Assembly: GCA_963796055.1 (NCBI GenBank)
Contig: CAWCKH010000004.1
Location: 3,072,001-3,136,000 of the forward strand
Reading direction: 5' to 3'
Source: an uncultured delta proteobacterium
Lineage (GTDB): Bacteria > Myxococcota > Myxococcia > Myxococcales > Myxococcaceae
Length of the DNA: 64,000 nucleotides
The stretch's first letter is position 1. Each line of letters starts with the position of its first letter. Shown piece after piece: positions 52,378 to 62,659 of the stretch. The translations under genes and the position numbers were made by a program. The notes under the pieces were generated by a model. The model was not told where the DNA came from, did not search any database, and worked only from the letters and a program-made list of their open reading frames with translations.

Positions 52378-52905
52378 GTGAACGGCTGGTGGAGCACCGT
52401 TCCCGCGCTGGTCGCGGCCTCGGCAGTGGTCATCGCCTGCGGCACAGGGACGACAGCGCCGTCCCGATCGCCCTCGAACGCGCAGCCGGTCCCGGAGGAC
52501 ACGCCCCCCAGCGACGCGCTCGAGACCCCCGGCCCCTGGGCTCCAAGCCGTGCGCTCCAGCTCGACCGGTTCGCGCTCGAGACTGCCCTCGGGGTCGCCC
52601 TCGTCGGACCCGCGGGGGCTGAGCTCGGCAGCTCCACCCGATGGACGCTCGCCGGCGGGGACACCGAGCTCCGCTTCGACGTGCGCACCGGGTTCAATGG
52701 CGCCGAGGCCGAGGTCCAGTGCCGCGGGCTCGCGGGCGACGGAGCGGTGCAGTCCCTGAGCCTCGGCACCCCGGTCTGGAGCGCAGCGAACGACGTCTAC
52801 TTGACCCAGGGGGCGTCCTGCATCCGCGTGCGCGTGACCCGGAGCGGCCGCGCCGACCCCGCCGGTGCAGCTGCGGTCGCCGGAGCGCTCGTGCGCGCCG
52901 ACTAG
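52378..52905 (+). CDS. Lipoprotein of unknown function (Hcp cassette partner, copy 2)
   Basis: Lipobox VIAC; shares PGPWAPSRAL.LDRFALETALGVAL with copy 1. Confidence 0.8.
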   Translation: MNGWWSTVPALVAASAVVIACGTGTTAPSRSPSNAQPVPEDTPPSDALETPGPWAPSRALQLDRFALETALGVALVGPAGAELGSSTRWTLAGGDTELRFDVRTGFNGAEAEVQCRGLAGDGAVQSLSLGTPVWSAANDVYLTQGASCIRVRVTRSGRADPAGAAAVAGALVRAD

Positions 52906-53274
52906 ACCGAGGTGGTGCGCACGTCGCGAACGGCCCAGCCAATCGCAGGCCGCAGGCCCAGCGTCGCCCGGTCCTGCGAAACGCCGACGAATCCGCCGAG
53001 CAGTTCCATCGCGGTGCTCTCGGTCAGGTACTGCCAGGTGAAGCCCACCCGGGACAGCCCGGAGGGGAAGTCAGTGGCCTTGGGCCCCTCACCAAACTGC
53101 TGCTCGTGCATCTCGCGCCAGCTCTCGACGTAGGCGTTTCGCTGCCACCCATCCTGCTGGAGATACGGAAAGAGGACGTTGATCCAACCGGTCACCCAGG
53201 GACCTCCGGAGACCTCGCTCAGCTTGTAACGGGTCACCCGGGGTCTGGACGTCCGAGACGGAGAAAGTGATCAT
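52902..53274 (-). pseudogene. DUF4419-like gene with large internal deletion
   Basis: N-terminus MITFSVSDV joined out of frame to SGGPWVTGWI..FPY..PSG..GGFVG..RPAIGW. Confidence 0.6.
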
Positions 53275-53394
53275 GGTCACCTCCGCAAACCCAAGGGCTG
53301 CCGGGCGGGCTCGAAACGCCGAGCCCCGAAGAAACAGGCTGCGCTTACGCCCGGGCCAGGAAGGGTACAAGCCTAGGGTAGCAGATTCTCGAAC

Positions 53395-54411
53395 CTAGCC
53401 TGGAGCCGCACGCGGCAACGAACTCGGCGATGATTCGCGCCGCCACGCTTCGCGGGGCATGGCGCTCGCGAGTAGGAGAACGGCGCCACAAAACATCAGC
53501 GTATCTGCGAGGTAATTGAGGCCGTCGTCGAGGCTCGCGCGATGGACCACTCCGATCGGCACATAGACGACCAGCACCAGCAAGAGCACGGTCAAGCCAA
53601 GCCACGTTGCGGCTGCGCGGGCCTTCTTGCCAACAAGCAAGAGGGAACCAGCGCATGCGTAAACCACGGCGGTCAGATAGGTCCAAATGGCGTGTCCGTA
53701 GACGTAGTGCGGAGTCAAGCGGTTCAGCGGAACGCCGGGAAGGTGATCGCCGTGCATGAATTGTTCGAGGCTGAAGACCAGCACGGGTAGGGCGACGAAG
53801 TATCGCCCAATTGTCCCGAGGACGTCCCTGCCGCGCCACGGTGCCGTGAGGCTGGCTGCCAGCGCCAGGGCACCACCGCTGAAGGAGAGTTCACGCAGCG
53901 CGAGCGTGAGCGCAAACCGGTCTCGCGGGTCTTGTGCCCAGGCTGGGACGTCCATCAGCACCACGAAACAAAAGAACGTCAAGGCAAGCAAGGCTGCCGC
54001 AAGCCGTGCCTGAATCCTTGTCACCAGGCTCAGCGCGGCGGCAATGAAGCAAGCACCCACGAAGTACGCCCAGAATTCATGCCACGGAATCCACGCCGGT
54101 ACGATGGATGCGATGGCATCCGTCCGCGTGAAGTGTTCTGTGCCAAATGCCGCGAGTGGCGCTGCGAAAAACAGTGGCCCCACGAGAAGCAGCTTTTCGG
54201 CTCCCCGCGCTCTTGACCAGTCGTGACGAAGAAGAGTGGCAACGAACCAAATCGCAAGAACAACTCCGCCGACACCATACGACCAGATCACGTCGCTCGG
54301 AATCACGAGGATCGTCGACGATCTCAGCAAGCTACCGCTCACGACGACCCCCTTCGCTCCTCTCACCCCCGAGCTCGAGGCGATGTCCATCGGCGACTTG
54401 CTCAGGCACAC
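53395..54411 (-). CDS. DoxX-like polytopic membrane protein (start uncertain)
   Basis: FGTEHF..IVPAWIPW..FWAYFVG; internally duplicated halves. Confidence 0.7.
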   Translation of the reverse strand: MCLSKSPMDIASSSGVRGAKGVVVSGSLLRSSTILVIPSDVIWSYGVGGVVLAIWFVATLLRHDWSRARGAEKLLLVGPLFFAAPLAAFGTEHFTRTDAIASIVPAWIPWHEFWAYFVGACFIAAALSLVTRIQARLAAALLALTFFCFVVLMDVPAWAQDPRDRFALTLALRELSFSGGALALAASLTAPWRGRDVLGTIGRYFVALPVLVFSLEQFMHGDHLPGVPLNRLTPHYVYGHAIWTYLTAVVYACAGSLLLVGKKARAAATWLGLTVLLLVLVVYVPIGVVHRASLDDGLNYLADTLMFCGAVLLLASAMPREAWRRESSPSSLPRAAPG

Positions 54412-54532
54412 CGGAGGGCGGGCACTTACTCAGCCGGGCCGGCGTCGTCCAGGGGCTACGTCAAGAAGTCCGTCAGCGGGGCTGCGACCGCAGCGAAGTG
54501 CAGCGCCTTCAGCCGGAGAATCAGAATACTTC

Positions 54533-55858
54533 TCACGGAAATAGAAACTGCGGAACGTAGCTGAGCCTCAGCGTGATCGCACGACCTTCGTGGAACGCGG
54601 CCATGGAGGCGTCGTACTGTATCGTGGGGCAAAACTGCGCTCGACCCTGCATTGCAGCATTCTGCAGACAACGTAGACCCAGAGCACGGCGTCGTTCTTC
54701 GGCACCGTACGCCGAGTCATAATCGTAGTGCGTCAAGAACGGACCCAGGAGCGTCAGGTAGAGAGCCACGGCAGCAACGCCAGAAAAGCGTGACGGGAGG
54801 CGAGTGAGGAGATTCCTCCATACAAGCAGACAAAGCGGCAGGACCAGGAAAGTAGCGACGTACAAGTATCTGCCGCTCAGAGCACCACCAACTCCGGCCC
54901 AAGCCCGGGCGTGACTGATCGAGCCCAGAGCGAGCAACAGACAGGACGTCCAGGAGAGAAGAGCCACCGAATGGAGCCTCTCGGGGGCCCCCGCCGCCTT
55001 GAGCCTCCTTGCCTCGAGGCAGCCAACCCCAAGAAGGAGAACCAGCGCAGCCCAGCCTATCATTGGTCGTGGCGTCGAAGCGCCGATCCCCAGCCCTCCT
55101 GCGACCAAGGAACCATAATGATCCCAGAAGAGTGAAGAGGTGAGGGACGTCACCTCTTCACGCTGACCGGGATAGCCAACAAACCAGAGAGAGACTCCGA
55201 GTAGATAAATGATGGCATGGGTGGCAGCGCGCCGTCGGCTCTCAGGGCGCCATGCAGCGACGAAGGCCAGCAGGATCGGGTACGACAGCGAGAGAATCAG
55301 GCCCATTCCCATGGCATAGGTTGCCGCAAGCGCAAAAAATGGCGCGAGGCGACCAATGCCACCAGCCTTCAACTCGAACGCCAAGGCAAGCATCGAGAAC
55401 AGAAGACCAAACGTCCACTGCCCGTTGCTTGCGTGAAGATGAACTTCCGCCGGAATCGATGTGGCAAATAAGGGGAGCAGATGAGCAAGCCTGATGGCAA
55501 AGGCGCTCTCGAGCCATCGGATCATGCTCATTATAGTAAGGACGAAGAGGGTGAAATTCAGTGCCACGTGAACGTTGATGTTCCAGGCGCAGACCCGATA
55601 GAGCGTCCAAATTGATAAGTTGGTCCAGACGGTTCGATGAACGTTGTGGAAAGAAAAGAGCCATTTGAGATCCAGGTCTGAGTTGAGCCCACCGGGATCC
55701 AAGGCGGCCCAGTCGTCCCAATGCAGAACATTGACCGAGTGGCCCAGGACAGCCATTCCGTCGAGCGCGAGGAGAGAGATGCCCAAGAAGAGCGCGGCGA
55801 GGCGTACTGCGCGCTGAAGCAGCCGGACGCGGGCGGCCCCCGGGGAGGAGAGCCTCAC
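54533..55858 (-). CDS. Polytopic membrane protein, lower GC (possible GT-C glycosyltransferase)
   Basis: WDDW, HNVHR, SGRY motifs; many TM helices; atypical codon usage. Confidence 0.65.
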   Translation of the reverse strand: MRLSSPGAARVRLLQRAVRLAALFLGISLLALDGMAVLGHSVNVLHWDDWAALDPGGLNSDLDLKWLFSFHNVHRTVWTNLSIWTLYRVCAWNINVHVALNFTLFVLTIMSMIRWLESAFAIRLAHLLPLFATSIPAEVHLHASNGQWTFGLLFSMLALAFELKAGGIGRLAPFFALAATYAMGMGLILSLSYPILLAFVAAWRPESRRRAATHAIIYLLGVSLWFVGYPGQREEVTSLTSSLFWDHYGSLVAGGLGIGASTPRPMIGWAALVLLLGVGCLEARRLKAAGAPERLHSVALLSWTSCLLLALGSISHARAWAGVGGALSGRYLYVATFLVLPLCLLVWRNLLTRLPSRFSGVAAVALYLTLLGPFLTHYDYDSAYGAEERRRALGLRCLQNAAMQGRAQFCPTIQYDASMAAFHEGRAITLRLSYVPQFLFP

Positions 55859-55860
55859 GG

Positions 55861-56286
55861 AAGCCCCCCGCTCCCGGTCTGATCGAGGAGTCGACCGGGC
55901 AGAGCAGCGGTGGAGACGAGGAGGCCACGCTGGAGATTCCTCCACCGAGGACGCTGCCCGATCACCCGCGTCTGGTCGTCCGACCCGAGGAGGCGCTCAC
56001 CGGGGAGGCGGTGGAGATCGTCGGAGCGGTGCTCGCCGAGAAGGGGCTCCTCGCCGAGCGGACGCCCCGCCCGCCCACGGTCTGGCCTGCGCTGGGTCGC
56101 TTCCAGGACTCGCAGGGGCTCGCTGCCACCGGCTTTCCCGACCGGCTCACTCTCCACCGGCTCGGGGTGGATCCGTCGCACGTCCTCCTGCCGCTCGGCC
56201 GAAGAAACGGCTCGTCGGCGCCTCCGACGAGACAGCCGGTGAAGAACAGCTCCGGATTGGTGTCGAAACGTCACCCTGGCGGTTAG
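55861..56286 (+). pseudogene. Peptidoglycan-binding domain protein, 5'-truncated
   Basis: ALGRFQDSQGLAATGFPDRLTLHRLG; open frame from 55861 with no start or signal peptide. Confidence 0.55.
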
Positions 56287-56299
56287 TCTCCGCCGTCTC

Positions 56300-57508
56300 A
56301 TGTCGAAGCTGAAGATCTTGCTGCTGGAGTCGATCCACCCGGTGGCCGATGGGCTGCTCGAGTCCGAGGGCTTCGAGGTCCACCGTGCCGACGGTGCCCT
56401 CAAGGAGGACCAGCTCTCCGAGCGTCTGAAGGGCTTCCACCTGCTCGGCATCCGCAGCAAGACCCAGGTCACCCGCCGGGTCCTCGATGCGGCGGATTCG
56501 CTGGTCGGCATCGGGGCGTTCTGCATCGGCACCAACCAGATCGCGCTCGACCACGCCATGAAGCGTGGAGTGGCCGTCTTCAACGCGCCGTTCTCCAACA
56601 CCCGCAGCGTCGCAGAGATGGTCATCGCGGAGATCATCATGCTCTCCCGCCATCTCGGTGACCGGTCGCGCGAGATGCACCACGGGGTCTGGAAGAAAGT
56701 GGCCACCGGCTCGCGTGAGGTGCGGGCCAAGACGCTGGGCGTCGTCGGCTACGGCCACATCGGCAGCCAGGTGTCGATTCTCGCCGAAGATCTCGGAATG
56801 CGGGTCATCTTCTTCGACACCTCGGCCAAGCTGCCCCTGGGCAACTCGCAGCCGGTGAAGTCGCTGGATGCCCTCCTCGAGCAGAGCGACTTCGTGACCC
56901 TCCACGTCCCCGAGACGCCGCAGACCAAGGGGATGATCGGTGCCGCCCAGCTCGCCCGGATGAAGAAGGGCGCCTGCCTGATCAACGCCAGCCGCGGGAC
57001 GGTGGTGGACCTCGACGCGCTCGCCCATGCCTTGCAAGAGAAGAGGCTGGACGGCGCGGCGCTGGACGTCTACCCGGAGGAGCCCGAGGCCAACAACGCC
57101 GAGGGCTTCGAGACGCCGCTGCGGGGCCTGTCCAACGTCATCCTCACCCCGCACGTCGGCGGCTCCACGGCGGAGGCCCAGGAGGCGATCGGCCGGGAGG
57201 TCTCGGCCAGCCTCGCCCGCTTCGCTCACACCGGGACGACCGTGGGCTCGGTGAACTTCCCCCAGGTGGAGCTCGCGCGTACGCCGGACACCTGGCGGGT
57301 GATCAACGTCCACCAGAACGTTCCCGGCGTGATGCGCGACGTGAACAAGATCGTCTCCGACCGCGAGGCCAACATCCACGCCCAGGTCCTCTCCACCAAC
57401 GCGTCGATCGGCTACCTGATCATGGACCTGGATTCGGACGTGGCGGCGCAGGTGGTGGAAGACATGCGCCGGCTCCCGACCAGCATCTCGGCGAGGACGG
57501 TGGTGTGA
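56300..57508 (+). CDS. serA: D-3-phosphoglycerate dehydrogenase
   Basis: GIRSKT, FCIGTNQ, NAPFSNTRSVAE, GYGHIG, INASRG, TPHVGGST, ACT domain. Confidence 0.97.
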   Translation: MSKLKILLLESIHPVADGLLESEGFEVHRADGALKEDQLSERLKGFHLLGIRSKTQVTRRVLDAADSLVGIGAFCIGTNQIALDHAMKRGVAVFNAPFSNTRSVAEMVIAEIIMLSRHLGDRSREMHHGVWKKVATGSREVRAKTLGVVGYGHIGSQVSILAEDLGMRVIFFDTSAKLPLGNSQPVKSLDALLEQSDFVTLHVPETPQTKGMIGAAQLARMKKGACLINASRGTVVDLDALAHALQEKRLDGAALDVYPEEPEANNAEGFETPLRGLSNVILTPHVGGSTAEAQEAIGREVSASLARFAHTGTTVGSVNFPQVELARTPDTWRVINVHQNVPGVMRDVNKIVSDREANIHAQVLSTNASIGYLIMDLDSDVAAQVVEDMRRLPTSISARTVV

Positions 57509-57514
57509 GCCGGA

Positions 57515-57830
57515 TCATGTCGCGCGAGCGACCTGCCGCAGCAGGCGTCGGGTCACGAGCCCGTGGCCGCCGCTTCCGATGACCGCGGCGCGGTATAGGC
57601 GGCCCAGGAGGCCGGGAACCGTGCATGCGTCTGCGCGCGCAGGCGCGCCATCATCGAGGATGAAGGTCAAGGCGTAATCCGAGAATCGGTGGCGCCCGCG
57701 CAGCTCGAGCCGCCGGCCGGGCTCGGCCTCCACCACCTGGAATCCCGCCACCGCGTCCCCTGGGCGACCTGAGAACTCGGCCGTCCCCTCGAGGGGGTCG
57801 CAGCCCAGAAGTCGAGCGAGCGCTGAGTGG
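57515..57830 (-). pseudogene. Fragment of a conserved hypothetical gene, frameshifted
   Basis: LELRGRHRFSDYALTF..PGLLGRLYRAAVIGSGGH; no clean start. Confidence 0.4.
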
Positions 57831-57842
57831 CGCCCGGGCTGC

Positions 57843-58583
57843 TCACGGCCCGGGCATGCCTGCCCGCACCGTGAGGTCACGAAAGTAGGCCTCGGTCGTG
57901 CGGTGGGCCCAGAGCGCCACTCCGCCGCTCACCGCCCCGAGTTTGAGATCCCGGACGATGAGCACCGGCTGCTCTGCGCCGTTGAGGTAGAGCTCGGCGC
58001 CGGCGCCCGAGACCTTCACCCGCATTCGCGTCCAGACGCCTGGCTGCAGATCGGCATAGGACTCGTACTGCCCGGGGCTCTCGTCGCGAAGCCGCTTCCA
58101 CCCGAACTCCGGGGAGGATTGGTACTGCACCGCGTGGTTGCGCCGGAGCTGGTCGTCGGCGCGGCCATTCGCCGGTCTCAGGTAGACGTCCTCCGACCTC
58201 ACTCCGTCCGGCGACACGTGGAAGGACAGGCCAATGAAGCCACGCATCTCTGGATCCGCGCCTGGGCGGGGCGCACCGGCTAACTCGAGCTCGATCTCCC
58301 CGTCCCGGAACTCCAGGCCGGAGACGATGGCCAGAGCCACGTCCTCGGGTCCGACCTCGTCGAGCGCCTGGAGCCGGATCCCGCTTCGTCCCGCGTGGGT
58401 CACGGGCTCGGCGCGCGCATGTACGAGCGTGAGGCCCTCGGCGGAATCGAGCGACAGCACTCGCGCTCCGCCGGTGGCAGGGGCAGGTCGGGCTCCGTTG
58501 GTCGCGCACCCGGCCAGCCCGAAACGACCGCTCGCTGCGGCGGTGCAGCGGATCGGACCTCCCACGCCGGGAATCGTGCTCAG
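57843..58583 (-). CDS. Lectin-like/DUF1080-type beta-sandwich protein (start unresolved)
   Basis: FRDGEIELE, GFIGLSF, YLRPANGR, W.RM.V.V.G, AYFRDLTV. Confidence 0.65.
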   Translation of the reverse strand: MSTIPGVGGPIRCTAAASGRFGLAGCATNGARPAPATGGARVLSLDSAEGLTLVHARAEPVTHAGRSGIRLQALDEVGPEDVALAIVSGLEFRDGEIELELAGAPRPGADPEMRGFIGLSFHVSPDGVRSEDVYLRPANGRADDQLRRNHAVQYQSSPEFGWKRLRDESPGQYESYADLQPGVWTRMRVKVSGAGAELYLNGAEQPVLIVRDLKLGAVSGGVALWAHRTTEAYFRDLTVRAGMPGP

Positions 58584-59233
58584 CCCGGGGCGGCGAGGCC
58601 GGGGGCGCTCCCGGTGGGGGCGACGCCGACGGCCGCGAGCTGCCGATCGTGCCACCGCGACAGCAGGACCAGCGCAGCGATCGCCCCCACCAGGCAGGTG
58701 GCCATGTCCTCCTGGGTGTCCCAGGGGTCTCCCTGCGTCCCGAGGAACGCCTCGGCGCCCTGGTGCAGCGTCACCGCCGCGCCCCATTCGACCAGCTCGT
58801 AGAGCGCGCTGATGGCCAGGCACACCGAGAGGACGAGCACCGCCAGCCATCCACCCCGACGAAGCGGGGTCATCCGGAGGAGCACCTCCCGGGTGACCAG
58901 CGCGGGGACGAAGCCCTGGAAGAAGTGGCCCACCCGGTCGTAGTCGTTGCGCGCCAGCCCGAGCACCCGCTGCGCCCAGTACCCCAGCGGGACCTCGGCA
59001 TAGGTGTAATGCCCCCCGAGGAAGAGCACGCAGGCGTGCACCGCGATCAGCACGTAGACCAGGTCGGTGAAGCGGAACCGCCGGTAGGTCGCGAGCAGGA
59101 AGGGGAGCACGAGCAGGAACGGCGCCACCTCCATCCACCAGGTCAGGCGGTCCTTCGGCCCGATGCCGGAGATGACCAGGGCGACCAGGTCGACCCCGAG
59201 CAGGATGAGCGGTAACCGGTCCTCGCGCCGCAC
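58580..59233 (-). CDS. DUF2238 (YjdF) family membrane protein
   Basis: GGHYTYAEVP, RNDYDRVGH, YELVEW, FLGTQGDPWDTQ.D. Confidence 0.92.
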   Translation of the reverse strand: MRREDRLPLILLGVDLVALVISGIGPKDRLTWWMEVAPFLLVLPFLLATYRRFRFTDLVYVLIAVHACVLFLGGHYTYAEVPLGYWAQRVLGLARNDYDRVGHFFQGFVPALVTREVLLRMTPLRRGGWLAVLVLSVCLAISALYELVEWGAAVTLHQGAEAFLGTQGDPWDTQEDMATCLVGAIAALVLLSRWHDRQLAAVGVAPTGSAPGLAAPG

Positions 59234-59260
59234 CAGGCCGGCCAGTCTAGGCGGTCCTGG

Positions 59261-60151
59261 TCAGGGGAAGGTGGAGCTCTGCTCCAGCGTGCTCTGGAAC
59301 TCCACTGGGATGGGATCTCCCCGCGCCCCGGCGAAGGTGACCTTCGCCGTCTGCGAGAAGCTCGCCGCGTGGTCCACCAGGGTCCCCGGCTCGACCAGCA
59401 GCTCGTCGCGGTAGTCCATGCTGGCGTCGATCACCTCCGCCTCGGCCGGGTTCACCCCGTTCCGGGCGAGGAACGCCGCTGCCCTGTGCATCGCCCGGCG
59501 CGCGGCCGCCCGTGGGTTCACCTCGTAGTGCGCGCTGACCCGGGCGCACCGCGTAGCCCCGCAGGGCTCGATCCGGTCCACGGTCATCGTCTTCCGGGTC
59601 CCCGTCGAATCCGGCTCGCCGGCCGGCCAGGTCGACCCGGGCGCGGTCGGATGGCCCACCACGTCGCGGACCAGCATCTCGAAGCGCGCGACCGCCAGGT
59701 CCTTCACCTGCTCGGTGCTGACCATCGATGCCGAGCCCCCCTCGGCGCCTGGAACCAGGAGCGCGGAGAGGACCTCCGCAGCCCGCTCGGCGCCCCGCAC
59801 CTCGACCACCCGCGGCTCGGCGCTCACCACCAGGTCCACCGACAGCCCGCTCCCCGGCACCCGCTCGCCGTCGAGGACGTCGGCGCCGTTGATCCGGAGC
59901 GCCACCCGCTGCAGCTGGTGGCTCACCACGGTGCGGTCCCCCTCCCGGGTGAACCCCACGTTCCACACGAACTCCTGCTCCTCGCGCTGCCGGAAGGGGC
60001 TGCCGACGAGCCGGGTCTCGCTCACCAGCTTGACCGTGCGCACGAACCGGGTCCCGGACGGGGGCGCGTAGGTGAACGTCGGGGCGACCGCCGAGGTCGT
60101 TGCGCACCCGGCGCCGAGCGCCGCCACCAGCAGACAGCACCGTCGAACCAT
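59261..60151 (-). CDS. Hypothetical lipoprotein
   Basis: Lipobox GAGC; beta-rich body. Confidence 0.7.
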   Translation of the reverse strand: MVRRCCLLVAALGAGCATTSAVAPTFTYAPPSGTRFVRTVKLVSETRLVGSPFRQREEQEFVWNVGFTREGDRTVVSHQLQRVALRINGADVLDGERVPGSGLSVDLVVSAEPRVVEVRGAERAAEVLSALLVPGAEGGSASMVSTEQVKDLAVARFEMLVRDVVGHPTAPGSTWPAGEPDSTGTRKTMTVDRIEPCGATRCARVSAHYEVNPRAAARRAMHRAAAFLARNGVNPAEAEVIDASMDYRDELLVEPGTLVDHAASFSQTAKVTFAGARGDPIPVEFQSTLEQSSTFP

Positions 60152-60297
60152 CGCCAGACCCTCCACCCGGGGGAGCGGCGGACCGTACCACCCTCGCCAT
60201 TCGCCCCGAGAATGGTCGCCCTTCGCTGCACGATGTTTCGGCAAGGGTGCGCGGACCGGTGGATGTGTGGTGGAACCAGCACCGGGGAGGACACGGG

Positions 60298-60729
60298 ATG
60301 AAGCCACAGGCGTGGTGGGGAGTCGCCCTCTCGACCCTGATGCTCGGCGCCGCGCCAGCGTCTCTGGACGGCGGCGCGGACCCGCCTCCATCGATGGAGC
60401 GCTACAGCCTGGTCATCCTCAAGCGCCCGGCGAACGGCGGAGCGAAGGTGGCAGACCCCGAGGCGCTCCAGCGCCAGCACCTCGGACACCTGACGGCCAT
60501 GGCCCGGGCGGGGAAGCTGGTCGTCGCCGGCCCGTTCGACGATCAGACCGACCCGAGGATGCGCGGGCTGTGCCTGTACCGTGCCTCGCTCGAGGAGGCG
60601 CGGCGTCTGGCCCAGGACGACCCGGCGGTCAAGGCGGGCCGGCTCGAGGTCGAGGTGCTCAGCTGGTGGGTGGAGAAGGGCGCGATGACCTTCCCCATCT
60701 CCGAGGCCATGGTGCAGGGAAAGCGGTAG
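60298..60729 (+). CDS. YciI family protein, secreted
   Basis: HLGHL..GKLVVAGPF, DPAVKAGRL. Confidence 0.85.
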   Translation: MKPQAWWGVALSTLMLGAAPASLDGGADPPPSMERYSLVILKRPANGGAKVADPEALQRQHLGHLTAMARAGKLVVAGPFDDQTDPRMRGLCLYRASLEEARRLAQDDPAVKAGRLEVEVLSWWVEKGAMTFPISEAMVQGKR

Positions 60730-60736
60730 CGCTCAA

Positions 60737-61408
60737 TCAGGGGACGGCGTCGGCCTGGGCGAGCAGCTCCGGGACGCTGCCCGAGAGCGACCGGGCCGGC
60801 GGCGGGCCACCCCGGAAGGCGAAGCGGCCCTCGTTCCAGCAGAGCACCTCGAACAGCGCGCTCGCTCCGGTGCGGCTGCCGCAGGCTGCGTGCACCAGGT
60901 CGCCGTCCTCGAACCAGACCGAGCCGGTGCGCGCCGGGGCCCGGACGTCCAGCACCCCGGTCCTGCCGGCGCGGGCGTACAGCGACAGCACGTCGGACAG
61001 CAACGTGGTGGCGATGGTGCCCGCGCCGGCGCCCGGAACCCAGCGGCCGACCTCCATGCGGAGCCGCACCGGATCGACCGGGGCGGGGAGGTGGGCCACG
61101 GGAGGAGGCAGCGCATTGCACCCGGGGCCGTGGGTCAGCACCACGGGCACGGGTCCCCAGCGACCGCGCAACTCGTCCAGCAGAGACGCACCCGCGGCGC
61201 TCGCGGTGTCGGCCGGTATGACCAGCACGGGGGGCCGCTCGCACGCGATCCAGCCCGCGGCGTCCTCGGGTTCCGTCGTGCCTCGAACCGAGGCGGGTCC
61301 AAAGGCGTGCCGGAGCACCGCCACCGTGGCGCGGAGCCGCTCTGCAGACGCGTCGACGACCAGGATGGGACCGGGACGGGCGCTCACGCCCCGTTCACGG
61401 AGCACCAC
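60737..61408 (-). CDS. Receiver-like + DUF4388 protein
   Basis: ILVVD; RTGVLDV..GSVWFEDGDLVHA..GRF. Confidence 0.75.
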   Translation of the reverse strand: MVLRERGVSARPGPILVVDASAERLRATVAVLRHAFGPASVRGTTEPEDAAGWIACERPPVLVIPADTASAAGASLLDELRGRWGPVPVVLTHGPGCNALPPPVAHLPAPVDPVRLRMEVGRWVPGAGAGTIATTLLSDVLSLYARAGRTGVLDVRAPARTGSVWFEDGDLVHAACGSRTGASALFEVLCWNEGRFAFRGGPPPARSLSGSVPELLAQADAVP

Positions 61409-61465
61409 CCGTGCCAGCCGGCGAGGACGGGTGAGGGGGTGTGGTGCTCGCGGTGGTGGAGGTGC

Positions 61466-62659
61466 CTACGGCACCCCGGGTCGGAAGGCCGGGTGCGGGC
61501 GGGGGAGGGATCGCTGCCGGGCACTCGCCGGAACCCGCGCGGCGCGAACCAGCTCCTCGAACGCCTTGACCCAGAGCTGCTCGCCGCCGGTCCGCGGGGG
61601 CGGGGATGTCCGGCCACGGGCGGTGAGCTCGCCGGCCGCGACGGCGATGGCCGATGCCAGGTCCGGGTCCCCCACCAGCACCGAGCGCAGCGCGAGCTCG
61701 GGCGAGCGACGCATCAGCTCGGCGACGTTCCGCTCCTGCTCGGGCTGATCGCCGAGCAACACCAGCAGCGGCGTTCCCGAGCTGCGCGCCAGCTCGAGCG
61801 CGCCCATTCCCGCGCCGGAGACGAAGAGCTCGGCGGCGTGCACCACGTCGCCGAAGCGGCCGTCGGTCCCGACCCAGCCCGGGCGCCCGTGGTAGCCCTC
61901 GCCCACCGCGTGGACGTGGAACCCGCGGTGGCCCAGCCCGTCCTCGAGCGCCAGGGCGATCACCGGGTCCTTGAAGTGCGGGTTCAGGTACACCGCCGCC
62001 AGGGGCACGCCCTCGGGGACGTCGAGCTCGGCGCGCACCTGCGCCCGGGTCCGCGCCGGCCGGGCGATGACCGGGGCGAGGCGGTAGGTCCGCGGCGCGC
62101 TGCCCGGGTCGGGCTCGGTGCTCCCCAGGGTGTGGATGATCCGGGCGAAGGCGCGCTCCAGCACCGCCCGGATGGCGCGGCGGTACCGGTGGGCGACCCA
62201 GTCGGGCACGCGGTGGTCCAGGTTCTCCTCCGTGGCCCGCCAGAGGTTCTCGCCGTAGAGCTGCACCACCGGATGAGGAAACCCGAGCGCCGGCGCGAGC
62301 AGGAGCGCGGGGTGGAGCGAGTCGTTCACCACCAGGTCCGCGCCTCGGGCGAGCAGCTCGAGCCGTCGCAGGTCGGCCAGCGCGCGCCAGGGGAGGACCA
62401 GGTAATTGAAGATGCGGGCGTCGGTTCGGGCCCGTGACATGTCGTGCCTCTCGCCGAACTCCACCCGAAAGTGCTCGGAGAGGAGCCGGGAGCGCACGCC
62501 CATGGACTCGAGGAAGCGGACCCCATCCCGGGCGGTGGTGACGACGTCCACGCTGAGGCCTGCCTCGCCGAGCGCGCGCGAGAGGAGGTTGGCGCGCATC
62601 AGGTGCCCACGTGCATCGGCCAGGGCGAGGTAGAGGATCCGACCGGCTGGGGTGCTCAA
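61466..62659 (-). CDS. GT-B glycosyltransferase-like protein
   Basis: ARGHLMRA, DLVVND, VSGAG, QPEQERN. Confidence 0.65.
   Translation of the reverse strand: MSTPAGRILYLALADARGHLMRANLLSRALGEAGLSVDVVTTARDGVRFLESMGVRSRLLSEHFRVEFGERHDMSRARTDARIFNYLVLPWRALADLRRLELLARGADLVVNDSLHPALLLAPALGFPHPVVQLYGENLWRATEENLDHRVPDWVAHRYRRAIRAVLERAFARIIHTLGSTEPDPGSAPRTYRLAPVIARPARTRAQVRAELDVPEGVPLAAVYLNPHFKDPVIALALEDGLGHRGFHVHAVGEGYHGRPGWVGTDGRFGDVVHAAELFVSGAGMGALELARSSGTPLLVLLGDQPEQERNVAELMRRSPELALRSVLVGDPDLASAIAVAAGELTARGRTSPPPRTGGEQLWVKAFEELVRAARVPASARQRSLPRPHPAFRPGVP

Noticed and set aside
19813..52905. A complete T6SS locus, or an invertible segment bounded by the two Hcp cassettes
   Set aside because: No other T6SS genes are present. 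The copies are too diverged for efficient recombination and enclose core genes.
47030..55900. attR duplication of the tRNA-Leu 3' end
   Set aside because: No second copy of CCCGCCCTGGGCA was found by eye, so the island's right boundary is only inferred.
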